Origin: Geosiphon pyriformis uo1
Lineage: Eukaryota; Fungi; Glomeromycota
Length of the DNA stretch: 64,000 nucleotides
NCBI GenBank assembly: GCA_016748015.1
Contig: JAAOMT010000439.1
Location: 773,147 to 837,146 of the forward strand
Direction: 5' to 3'
Shown: in pieces, positions 1 to 11,132 of the stretch
How positions within the stretch are numbered: position 1 is the stretch's first letter
Layout: every line of letters begins with the position of its first letter
Program-made: the position numbers and the translations under genes
The notes under the pieces: generated by a model
Databases searched by the model: none
What the model saw: only the letters and a program-made list of their open reading frames with translations
What the model was told of the DNA's origin: nothing

Positions 1-242
1 TGTAATTATCTCGTTTTTCTACATTTCTCTTAATTTTTCCCCATAAAATTTCAATTGAATTTTAATATAGACTATATGCTGGTCAGCTTTTATCTTCTCC
101 CCAATAAATTCTTTAGCAGGGGGCTTGTTTACTTAGAATCATTGTCTTGCCAATACCTTTCTATTAATGCCCAAATCTCGAGAAAATAATCGTAGAAAAT
201 TTCAATTTATATACCCGCAATCATTATTCCTGTAAAAAAAAA

Positions 243-575
243 CCAGCCTTTCAGCTTTTCGGGAATACTGTGGAACGATGGTATAAGAAGGATGAGCCTA
301 ATAGTCCAAGATTCGTTTTCATTCAGGAGTTTGTGCCCAATCTACCGGCATTTTTTTTCAAAAGTAAATAAATAAGGTATTGTTCCGGTTTATGCCCTTT
401 TGCTTGTTAACACGGGAATGGTACTCGGTCACTTTTTATCATATCCTACAGCTGCCAAATGCCTTGAAATCGTTGAATATGAGACTAGGTGTACTTCGTG
501 TCTCGCCCTATTGGGGATGTCGATCAGATATATTGGAATCTTTGTCGCATCGTGATTTCGATGGGATTTTGTCAT
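243..575 (-). mobile_element. Degenerate Tc1/IS630-like transposase fragment with a small internal inversion
   Basis: Minus strand gives VSYSTISRHLAAVGYDKK*PSTIPVLT and then VDWAQ, resembling the Tc1 HTH/linker. The expected next segment AFQLFGNTVERWYKK reads on the plus strand at ~245-295. Stops and frameshifts are present. Confidence 0.5.
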
Positions 576-1599
576 TTTTTCATCGAAAAATGAAAAAAAC
601 TCGATTAAAAAATGCTAGCATTTAAAAAAAAAACTAGCCAATTTTATTCCATGATTATTTTTATTTAAATATTTATTTTAGCAAAAAAAAAATAATTTTT
701 TAGTAAAATTAATAAAAAGTGTTTGATTATTATTTTTTAGTTAAAAAAATACATATTAGCAAAATTGTGAATTTCGATTTTTTGTCAATAACAATTTAAT
801 TATTAAGAGTAATGGAAAAAAAATTCTAATAAATTTTTTCAATAAATTTAGAACTTAAGCTATGAAATAATATGTTAATTATATTAATTGTTAGCGACCA
901 TTGTAAAGTGGAATCTTTTATAAAAGACTGTATATATTACATGCATTATTAAATTTATTATTATTAAATCAATATAAAATAATGTGTCATTCTTAGTAAC
1001 TTGAGATTTTTATTTCATTTATTAATTTTGGCAAAATTAAATATCGAAAATCTATACCAATAATTACATGATTTTGTTCCAATCTTCTATATGATAAGAG
1101 AAGCAGCACTGTCATTATCATGTTCTCTCATTTAGGACCAAAAGATGGCTCTTCAATTAATTTTAGCCACAAATTCTGCAATTGCCACAATGCGAACAGT
1201 TGTAGAACTTCTCAAAAAATAATAATCTTAGATATAAACTTGTTGTGGTTTATAAAGCTAGTACTGGAGTATTAAACTTCATCTCATGCCAGGATTGGGA
1301 AACCTAAATTTTTAGAAGGATTAATTTTAGATAAATAGAATTTATTTTTACAAATCGAGAAATGGAAGAAATAATTAGCCTTTAATGAGAAATGGGTATA
1401 TTGTTGAAAAACAAAATTTTCTGTTTTATACATTCAAACGAAAAAAATCAACTATTTCAACCTCTTCTATATAAGGACCCTCGATTAGATGATATAGCTT
1501 TTGCCAAGATCAAATATCTTTATAAATAGAATAGAACAGAAGTTTTTTTTACAAACTATTCTCTGATAACAAGGAAAATTCTAAAAACTCTAAAATTAA

Positions 1600-3014
1600 A
1601 TGTCATTTTTTGGATCAAAGAGAACTGAACCATTATGGCTTAGAATAATAAGATCATTTTTGAGTTTCGGACTTATTTTAGCAGTAATTTATTATGGACT
1701 ATTCCAACTTGGCAGTTATCTGGAAACTCCAAAAGGGCCAAATATCATAGTCCTAGCAAAAAGATCCAAAGAGTGCTATACCTCGATTGATGAGAATCTT
1801 TTTAATTTTCTTAAGGCTAAAATAATGGAGAGCATATATTCACAAATATATAATAAACTATTTTTTGCAGATATTATAGTTTGTAGAGAGAGTAGTCAGA
1901 ATATTGAATTTAAAGCTGTTCGAATAAAGGAATTTCATCAACCAGAAAATATTAGCGACTATTACAATCAATATAAAGATCTTGATACTAACGATTTAAC
2001 GAATATGTCCGAGGAACCTATTTATCAAAAAATCTGTACTTCTCTTAAAACCCCGCCAAACGATGGTTCTAGTGTAAAATCTTGCTCTAATCTAATTTGG
2101 ATTGAGATCAGCTTTAATTCAACATCTTCAAATATCGTAGAAATTTTCTTGAACCAAACTTGGAGAGCCAGCAGGCCGAAAAAAAAAAAGAGTAAGAAAG
2201 ATGAATTAAAACAAACTATTTTTGCTGATCTTCAATTAAAAATTCGTTGATAATATTAAATTTTTCTGATACCTTTTCAAACTAGATATTATCTGTGGCC
2301 AATCATTATCAAACCTGGGGAAGCAAAGAAAATTGAAGTTTTACTCAGGGATACCAGGCAACTGGACCTTGACCCAACATCACGACCTTTGGAGAATATT
2401 CAAAACCAAACGCAGCTCTAATTGGGTTTAAAGTATATAATAAACCCATTGAATATATTTTCGAAGATAAAGGTAAGCCTTCTAATATTAAAGTTTTTTC
2501 TTGAAATAATTTTTTGACTTATTCTTTTCTCAAGAAAATATATATTTTCTTAGAAATCTTGGATATATTTGCCAAAATCGGTGGTTTCTACAGTGTCTTA
2601 TCAGTTACTTTTATTTTTTTATTTGGAATGGAAAAAATAAGTCAATGGTTGGTTTTAATTTTTTAATTTTCTAAAGTAATTTATACTATTCTCGCTGCTT
2701 TTGATTCCTTTTGAAATGAAACATATTTCATTATTGTTCACTATATCTAGGGGAGTAGCACAAAAATATTTATTTAGATGCCGTTGGTGTCGCCGCGATT
2801 TTGGAAAGAAGTTAGCATTGCGATACGTTTCTAAATCTGGCATACCATTGGTGCAAAAAGTGAGGGATTACCCACCAGATTTTACTCCAGAAGGTCGTAT
2901 TCAAATTCTCGAGTCAATCTTGGAAGAATATTATATCGAAACATATTACTTGGAACGTCTTCGACAGACTAAACTTTTCTATACAAAGCAAGCGGAATTT
3001 GAACAACGAATTAT

Positions 3015-3045
<31 letters not shown>

Positions 3046-3111
3046 AGTATCAGAAGGATACTTTTCAAGTGTATTTATCAACATGATGACCAAAGGTATT
3101 CTTACCTATGA
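1600..3111 (+). CDS. Multi-exon two-transmembrane protein with a large luminal loop, possibly frameshifted
   Basis: ATG 1600; TM1 IIRSFLSFGLILAVIYYGLF. Inferred introns ~2192-2285, ~2473-2553 and ~2648-2750. The spliced C-terminus reads EILDIFAKIGGFYSVLSVTFIFLFGMEKISQWGVAQKYLFRC...GIPL...RIQILESILEEYY to TGA 3111. The exon at 2286-2472 does not join in one frame (poly-A ~2179-2189, CCC ~2373). Confidence 0.7.
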
Positions 3112-3199
3112 GCCAGAACTAACATATGATGAGTATGTTATAGAATCTCAATTTAATATATAAATGTAAATTGTTTTGTATATTAATAAACATATTATT

Positions 3200-3720
3200 A
3201 GGAGAGAGATTGAAAGTTTGTCATTATTTTTAATTGAGAATATAAATCAAAAACCAACCAATGGAAGTTTTATAGGCCAGAAATATGACTTTAGAACCCA
3301 AAAAAATGGCCTTGAACATCTTATTGGATTAAGATCTGGAGGTATTTTTAAAGCATCAAAATCAAAAATGTGGAATTATAAAGTGGATTTAGCAGTTGCC
3401 TTAAGAGAAGTACTTTTAAAAAAAGGAATTGAAAAAAATGTTGTTAAAACAAAAGTTTTTCAGCAGCTTTTTACATTTGGAGTGCATAACTTTGGTAAGT
3501 ATTACAAAAAACATTTTTAAATTAACAATCTAACATTTTTAAATCAGCAATTTAAATTTTTTTGAAAATATTTTAAGTTATTTTTATAATGTGTATGCAA
3601 TAGATTGGAAAGTAAAAAGACTTTGGTACTTTGGTCTTTTGAAAAAAATAAGTCTTCCACAATCAGTTATTCATCTTACATAAATTGAGAAACTGGTTGT
3701 TACTTTGTTAAGAATATAAG
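3200..3720 (+). pseudogene. Fragment of a PD-(D/E)XK (REase-fold, Crinkler-associated type) domain gene
   Basis: REIESLS...KYDFRT..LEHLIGLRSGG...KVDLAVALREVL...FTFGVHNF, then GTAAGT intron, then YNVYAIDWKVKRLWYFGLLKKISLPQS..*IEKLVVTLLRI* with in-frame stops. Family call is from motif recollection. Confidence 0.45.
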
Positions 3721-4220
3721 TATGTTGTAATTTCTATTTTTATTATATACACTTGTGACTTTTTTAATTGTATTTTATTCTTTAGAAAACTATGATTAAA
3801 ATTGAAAATCATTGAAAAGAAATTATTATTGAAAAATCCAAGTTATACAGAAATCGCAGACTCTAGTATGCTTATGTCTTATTCAGTGTGTTTAAATGGC
3901 CAGATTTCAAGAAGTCGCAAAGTAAAAAAAAAAATGTGTACACATGTGTATAATGAAAATTTAATTTTTAAAGTCCATTTTTTAAAAAGATAAACCATAA
4001 GTTAACAACATTGGATGCAACCATTTTTTAATTGTATCAAGATGTTTTTATGAATTTATTTCTTGTAAGCCATGAGTGTTGTTAAANNNNNNNNNNNNNN
4101 NNNNNNNNNNNNNNNNNNNNNNNNNNNNNNNNNNNNNNNNNNNNNNNNNNNNNNNNNNNNNNNNNNNNNNNNNNNNNNNNNNNNNNNNNNNNNNNNNNNN
4201 NNNNNNNNNNNNNNNNNNNN

Positions 4221-5267
4221 CAGGACTTTGTGCTGGCCAAGGAAGTAATTCAACATTTGAAGAGGTAAGAAAAGAACACGCGACTTTTGATGTGTGGATT
4301 GGTGCATTGTCTTCCTGAAAAAAAAACTTTTTTTTAGTTTTTTTTGCATGAAGTTTTACCGTAAGAATTGCATAATTAGCCAAGGTTTTGTGGTGTATAA
4401 CTCCAGTAATATGACCAACCAAAGGAACTAAAAGACCCAAACCAACCCATGAAAAACATCCCCAAAACATGCGACCAAAGCTTTTTCTAACTGTGGCTGC
4501 AATACAATCCTTATAAAACTCTTTGGAAGGTTTACGCCATATACGTCCAAATCCTGTAGTTCTAAATTGTGTATATGTAGATTCATCTGACCAAACAACT
4601 CGTTTAAAATCTTCTACTGTCCAATTTTCATAAGTACGAGCCCATTGTAAATGTTTTTCTTTATTTGATTTGGAAATTAATGGCTTGAGACGAGGAATGC
4701 ACGAGTGAAGTCCTTCTTAAGCTAATCCATTTCAAATAGTTTGTATAGAAATAGATTTGTTGGTATCTTTAATAAAATTCAATCGTATTTGAGAAAGAGT
4801 TTGGCGGTAGGTTTTTTTATTCCCTATTATTGAATATTTGAGTTGTTCACGTGCACATTTGTCAAGAATTTGTGGTCAGTCTGTTCATTTTTTAGGAAGT
4901 TTTTTTAGCTCGTATGACTTCATACATGTATTACAGAAGAACGTGAACATTCAATAGTCGTGGAAATCTCACTGTTTGTATGTCCTAACTTTTTTGCTGA
5001 AATAATCCCTCCTTTTTGGTATTCAGAAAGTTCTTTTCCAAGACACATTTGATGTGGTAAATTTTTTCACGACAAGAATGTTTGATATTTTATATATACG
5101 CGTATAATCCACTGTTGTGTTTTACAAGGACGCGATTTATGTTGATTTGTAGATTATAACTATAAGTAATTATAAAAAAAATTATGGCTTAAATTGGTAA
5201 TGGTATTACAATATATAGCCTTTTTTGTATATTATATTAAGTGTCCAATACTTTTTATACCCCCCTG
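4221..5267 (-). mobile_element. Tc1/mariner DNA transposon, degenerate; 5' TIR retained, 3' end lost at assembly gap
   Basis: ATG 5048: MCLGKELSEYQKGGIISAKKLG (paired-like HTH), VVWSDES (first D), MFWGCFS, FQEDNAPIH (second D), WPAQSP. Several stops. TIR-like CAGGGGGGTATAAAAAGTATTGGACAC on the minus strand at 5267-5241, flanked by TA at 5268-5269. Confidence 0.9.
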
Positions 5268-5740
5268 TAGATAGTGTTTTAATAGATTAAACTGTTGTAA
5301 ATCTGGAATGAAAATCAGACTAATTTACGAATGATATAAGTGGTTAAATTTCAATTATTTTTAGTACATATACTAGTTAAAATTTTAAAAGTTAATAGTT
5401 GTTTAACATATAGCAGCTGATTTAGATTTTAATCAAATGTAAATTGGAATGAAACAACAACTATGCTTAATAATATTATGTATGAAATAAATTAAAAAAT
5501 ACTTTTATCCTAATATAGTTTTTAGGAATTTTTTTTTGAACACGAATATAAAAATTTATTATGAAAAATCAAATAAAATGATCTAATATATATATAGTAT
5601 ATATAAATTCCTGAATATTTTAAAAATTTTTATAGAAGGAATAGATATAAATTAATAAAGTAGATACTAAAATTATTTCTTTATTTTGAAGTCCTTTTAA
5701 TATATTTTAATAGTTTTTTTTTTTTTTACTAAAGAAGTTT
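5268..5740 (+). repeat. Dispersed non-coding repeat, homologous to ~27905-28330
   Basis: Colinear shared strings: gatagtgtttt, aaatctggaatgaaaa, cagactaatttacgaatgat, atgcttaataatattatgtatgaaata. Confidence 0.85.
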
Positions 5741-5929
5741 TATTCATAACTACATTCTTTAAATAATTCACATCGAACTCATATTTTTGATTTGAGAAAT
5801 AGAAAATTTAAAAATTCATGTACTGTAATTCAAATTTATATTCAAATATAACATTTTATTCGTCAGAAAAACTGCTCAAAATGCTATTTTTTAACAATGA
5901 TATTTTCACCAGGTTTAACTTGGAATGAA

Positions 5930-6960
5930 AACAAAATTATTCTAAAAATATTCGATCTTAGCCTTTCGAAAAATCTAAATGAAATGTATGGTTCGACTAA
6001 TGAAGTTAAAAGCCAACCTGCTTAAATAGTTTCAAAAAAATAACAATTAATTCGGAATGAGAAATCAGATATTTATGCTTTTAGAGTCCTCTTATGAGAA
6101 TCGACAAGTAGCTATTAAAGATTCAAAAATATTATAAAATAGACACTTATTGTTAAGAAAATTTGAATTTAAAAATATAATTTAAATATTGTTAACACAG
6201 ATTGCTAATGGTGGATAAGAAACTCCAATTGAATATATTCTTTTGTATGCTAATATCAACCACAGTGAATGGAATTCGGGATAAGCGAAAAACTTTATAC
6301 ATTTGATTAATACAAGCATCTTAGAAGACACTTTATAATTAACAAAGATTTAGACACCAATTCACCTTGGGATATATTAAAAATAATTTGTCAGCTAAAA
6401 ACTATCTTATATATATGTGGTGAATCCCTACACATCTTTTCAATTCCATAAAATTTAATCAAACTTGCTTGACTTTTTTTACCAATTTGGAATTGTGATC
6501 AACAACGTTAGGAAAGCTTTTTTAAAATGTCAAAAAAGCACTTTTCAAAAAAACCCCGTAGTGCAATTTTTTTCAAATAATAAACGGAGCAGCTGAAAAC
6601 TGCCTTGGTTTTTGTTATGATTATGGGCAAAAGCAGTTGAACGGTACACCAAAGTAGCGGAGAAAGGAAATTCAAGTGCACAATACAATATGAAGTTTGC
6701 TATGAAATTGGTGATGGAGTAACTAAAGATCTTGTGAAAGCAGTTAAATAGTATACCAAAGCAGCTGAAAAAGGGATGGAGTTATCAAAGATCTCGAGAA
6801 AGTAGTTGAATGGTTTACTAAACCAGCCGATAAAGGACATTTAGATGCACAAAACAATCCTGAAATTTGTTATAAGACAGGAAATGGTGTAGCTAAAGAT
6901 TTTGTAAAAAGCAATTAAATTATATATCAAAGCCGCAGTAAAAGGTGTTGATAAATGACG
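5930..6960 (+). pseudogene. Decayed kinase + Sel1-repeat gene, paralogue of 31707-36554
   Basis: KIFDLSLSKNLNE...NEVKSQPA*...NEKSDIYAF matches KISDLGFSKNLGE...NEVKGQPAY...NEKSDIYAL at 32.5-32.6 kb. Followed by the ETPIEYILLY segment and 3-4 broken Sel1 repeats (GNSSAQ, GDGVTKDLVKAVK*YTKAAEKG, GHLDAQNN). Confidence 0.85.
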
Positions 6961-7009
6961 AAAAACCATTAAAAAAAAGGAGCCATTTTTATGAAAAAAC
7001 TACGCTTAT

Positions 7010-8236
7010 TCTTTCACCAAAATCCTCTCTGTACTACTCTGAAATAGGATACAGAGAGACAGGAAACCAAGTAACTCCACCAGAATTGTGGCCAATAAAA
7101 AAAGGTTGAACGGTTGAAGAGTTCGCAAAAATTGGGTTATAAATTCTACTATTTTTGAAATATGGCCAGGTTCCGTCCTGAAAAATGTATTATACAATCC
7201 AGCATGAACTTGGCTATCATCTTTATAAAGCTTCAATAAGCTTTTATTGATAAGTTTTTCATCATTAGGTGAAGTGGACCCTTGAAACCAGAAATGACAT
7301 TACGAACTTTTTACTTAACATACACGCATCCTAAGCAAATATAAAAAACATATGGATTATTTAAAATTTTAATTTGGTAGTGTATTTGTACGTTCAGGGG
7401 TCATTGATTACCTATTTAGGATTATTATTGCCCCCATTTTCTGATAACAAAGGCTCTGGGAATTTGATTGGGATCGAAATTCCAGATTTGCTTGGTTTAG
7501 CATTTAATGAATTTTAGCCTGAGCCAGGCTTATTTTTAACGAATCTAATATCGTGAAGAAAATAATTAGTGGAAGCCATTTCGAAGCTTTGTCACTTGAA
7601 AAAGCGAGAGATAAAGTTTAGAAACTTTTAGGAGCTTGCAAAACTCTTTTACTAATGGTTTACATTGAAAATTGATTTAACTCCTAATTGGAAAGAGAAT
7701 GTTGTGTTTCAATTACACTAACGATATTGCCTTGCATTGATGATGGGTTGCTGACGATTTTGTCTTGCGTTAATGATGTGTCGCTTGGTTTTAAGTTAAT
7801 GATGGGTTAATGATATGTCATTGACGATTTATTCTTGAGTTGAAAATGTGTCGCTAACAATTTGGTCTTGAGTTAAAAATATGTTGCTAGCAATTTGGTC
7901 TTGTGCTTAATTAATATTTGGAAACTTTCCACCATCAAAATTATTAGTCATATTGAATTCCACATTAAGTGGTGTACTTTCTGATTCAGGAATTATGCTA
8001 GACCCTATTGGTTCAGAGAGACTTAAAGGATCATTTGCAATGGCAAGCTCATTGTTATTAATACTGGGATCAAATTTTTTACTGTTTAATGATACTGATT
8101 CTACTACCACCAGAGTATGACTTATTATGTAAAGAGAAAAGTAAATTTGTAAAAGAAAATGTTTTTTCTTCGTGTGGTTGTTTATTTTGTTGCGTAGCTT
8201 AAAGTTAAATAAAGACTAAAGTGAAATGAAAATCAT
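7010..8236 (-). pseudogene. Decayed, truncated class-3 lipase-like gene with hydrophobic leader and repetitive N-terminal extension
   Basis: Hydrophobic leader HFLLQIYFSLYIISHTLVVV. After an intron (~7332-7412) come NVISGFKGP, SQVHAGLY and, after a frameshift, FIGHNSGG (7076-7093), the GHSxGG elbow position. Many stops. Confidence 0.7.
7710..7906 (-). repeat. Degenerate ~33-bp (11-codon) tandem repeat inside the lipase pseudogene
   Basis: Minus-strand units caagaccaaattgctagcaacatatttttaact / caagaccaaattgttagcgacacattttcaact / caagaataaatcgtcaatgacatatcattaacc; about 5-6 units. Confidence 0.65.
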
Positions 8237-11132
8237 TGTATGCAATCACCATTTTAAGAAAACTTTTGGTACATAAAATAAGAAGAATCTGGTTTCCTAG
8301 GTTTGTCACCGGTGGTGATGAGCCGTGAGTGAAGGTTTTTTTTGTAAGTTAACAGATTATGAATATGTAATTTTTGATGTTGCCCTAAAAAGATCCAACT
8401 AATCATAAAAGAAAATTGATTTTTAAAAATCGAAAAACTACAATTATTCTTTGATTTCATAATAATATATCAATAATTATTGTGACTCAATAATTTGAAA
8501 CGACGTGAGTTTACTTTCTAAGCATTATAAAATTTCAAAAAGTTGGACTTTTGAGAATTTTGTAAAATTAGCAGAACATTTCTCCGAAAAAAAAATTGTT
8601 GAACCAGATTTCTTTCGATTTTTCATTGAGATATTACCCCCTATCAGGAAAATCTTTATTTCTTCCAAGAGAATTATAAATGGTTTCATGAGACATAATT
8701 TCCTTTCGAAATTGTAGAACTTTAAGTAATTAAAGAAACTTATTTTAGTTCGAAATTGTACTTATTGGTAAAATAGTCTTAACTTTTGATATTTTTGTTT
8801 CACAAAGAATTTTTTTTTTTGCAAATTCACGTTGAGACCATGGTATTTTTGTTTAGTTGTTACCAAGCTAAAGGCATTATACAAATCCTTACCGAATTGA
8901 ATTCAGACATGATAAAGAAGCTCAAAAAAAATAAAGATTCCCGAGCGTTTTTTATTTTGAAGATCACGGAAGAAATAAGAAAGATTAAAAGAACGGGTAA
9001 TAAAAATCCTAGTTTCTCCTATCAATTATAATTATCAGTGATCGATAATAGGGGATATCAAAGATGAATTGGAAAATGTCCAACTATTTATTTAGAAATG
9101 TTCTATTTGTAATGAAAATCATATGTTATGGTTTTCTTAAATGACGTATTGATAATCTTTCTGTATTGAAATTCAATATTATATTGATCAACTGGTATCA
9201 TTAATTTCTTGGAAATCATTTTATGATTAATTATATATACTTAACAAATTCAAATTTTATTTATTTAAATTAAAATTAGATATATCAAAAAATTTCATAA
9301 ACTTTATTTCAAGTATATTTAAGAAAAGAGACTTAAAATTTCAAAGTTAAAGAAAACATTTTTAAAATAAAATTCTATTGCAAATTTAGAAAAATAAAGA
9401 TTTTTTGAAATATTGAAAATGATTCCACAATTTACACAAATTATTAATAAATTAATATAAACATAATAAAATTCAGCAATTTTTTTTAAAGTAAAGAAAA
9501 AATTAATAAAAAATTATTTTACACTTGTTTAGTATATTAAAGTATATTAAAGTTTCTTATCTTTTTAGATTTTTTGAATTATTATAGTGATATTTAATAA
9601 ATTATTTAATTTAACAATCAAGTTTCAGAATTATATATAGTTTATAGTTGATTTGTTTATCTAATATCTAATAATATATAGTATCACTTCTCCAGCAAAA
9701 AAAGTTAGAAATGAAAAAATTTCAAAAATGTAACCTAACGATAAGATCATGGTATCCCAACTGAAAAACTTAAAATTTTTCTCTTTTTCTTTTTTCAATT
9801 TGTGTGTTTTGTTTGAAAAACGATGAAACTTCTTTGGTTGTCAAGGCTTGGTTTTTTTTAATTAATCTTTCAAACTTATGAAATAATAAATGTTTTCGAA
9901 TATCTTCATGTTCGGGAAACTCCAGAATCAATTGATTCTAAATTAGAGTACTTTTTTAAAAATTTTGATCTTTTGGTCTTCCATAAATGTGTAAATCGGC
10001 ATTTTTTTCCTTTTCTATAAGGTTTTCCCATCATCCTGAAGAAGTTTCCAAGTAATGTTTTTTATTTTTAGCAATAGGTAAAAAAAGAAACGAAAATTCA
10101 ATCACCAATTAAATTCTTGACTATTCCAAAATGTTTAGCATGGTAAAAATCTTTCTTGGCATTCTAATTTATTAAGAACAATTTATGGATTTTTAAAAAT
10201 GAATGACAAAATGCAAAGATTTTTTTCTTGAACTATCGATTTAGACTGGTTCATCTGTTTATGAGCCTTGGAAGATATATGGGTTCTTATCAAATCTATA
10301 CATTGTCATAGAGCCTGATCGGAAAATCTAAATCTGAAATAATAATAGAATTGATCAACTTTATTGGAAATCCAAGTCAATGAAAATTTTCTCAACTGAA
10401 GGAAGGGTTTATAATGAATTGAGATCTAGTTAAATTTAATACATGCTCAAAACTTAATTCAATATTCTATCAGTAGCTTCCTTTTAGAATATAATTGCGG
10501 ATTAAATATTTCTTTTGCTTAAATTTTTCATTTATACCTATGTAATTCGTGATATAATATTTTTTGACTATTCATTTATATTCGCTAATATCATGATAAT
10601 AATTATCTTTTAAGAATTTCTAAAAATTTCAACTTCTTGGGACTGTAAAATGTATCAAATATCAACTTATTAGCCAATTCCCAAAACTCGTCTCTTTTAG
10701 GTAATTAAAGGTATAAATAAATAATTTTAAATAAAATGCTCTTGCTTTTTACATTAGAAAAAGTCTTGTATAACAAAATAAAAAAAATTCGAAAAGTTTA
10801 TCATATTGATAGAACTTCCAAATTGCATAAACGTGACAAAAGATAATCAGTAAACTTAAGGAAAGGTAAATTTCTTAATAGATATTTATTATATAAAATG
10901 CCACCGATATTTACTTGTAACCCATCGATCAAAGTTTTTTCTTTTTATATTCTTTTTTTTTTTTTTTTACCAGAGCTCTTTATTGAGCTTTTCAATTTTT
11001 TTTGATTCACCCTTTTTACTGAAACCATTAAGACATATTATATCTTTAAATCTAAATCCTAAACAAATATTTAATAGATACAAAGAAGAAACCATCATCA
11101 ATTTCACAACCCTTTTTTTCACTTCCTCTAAA

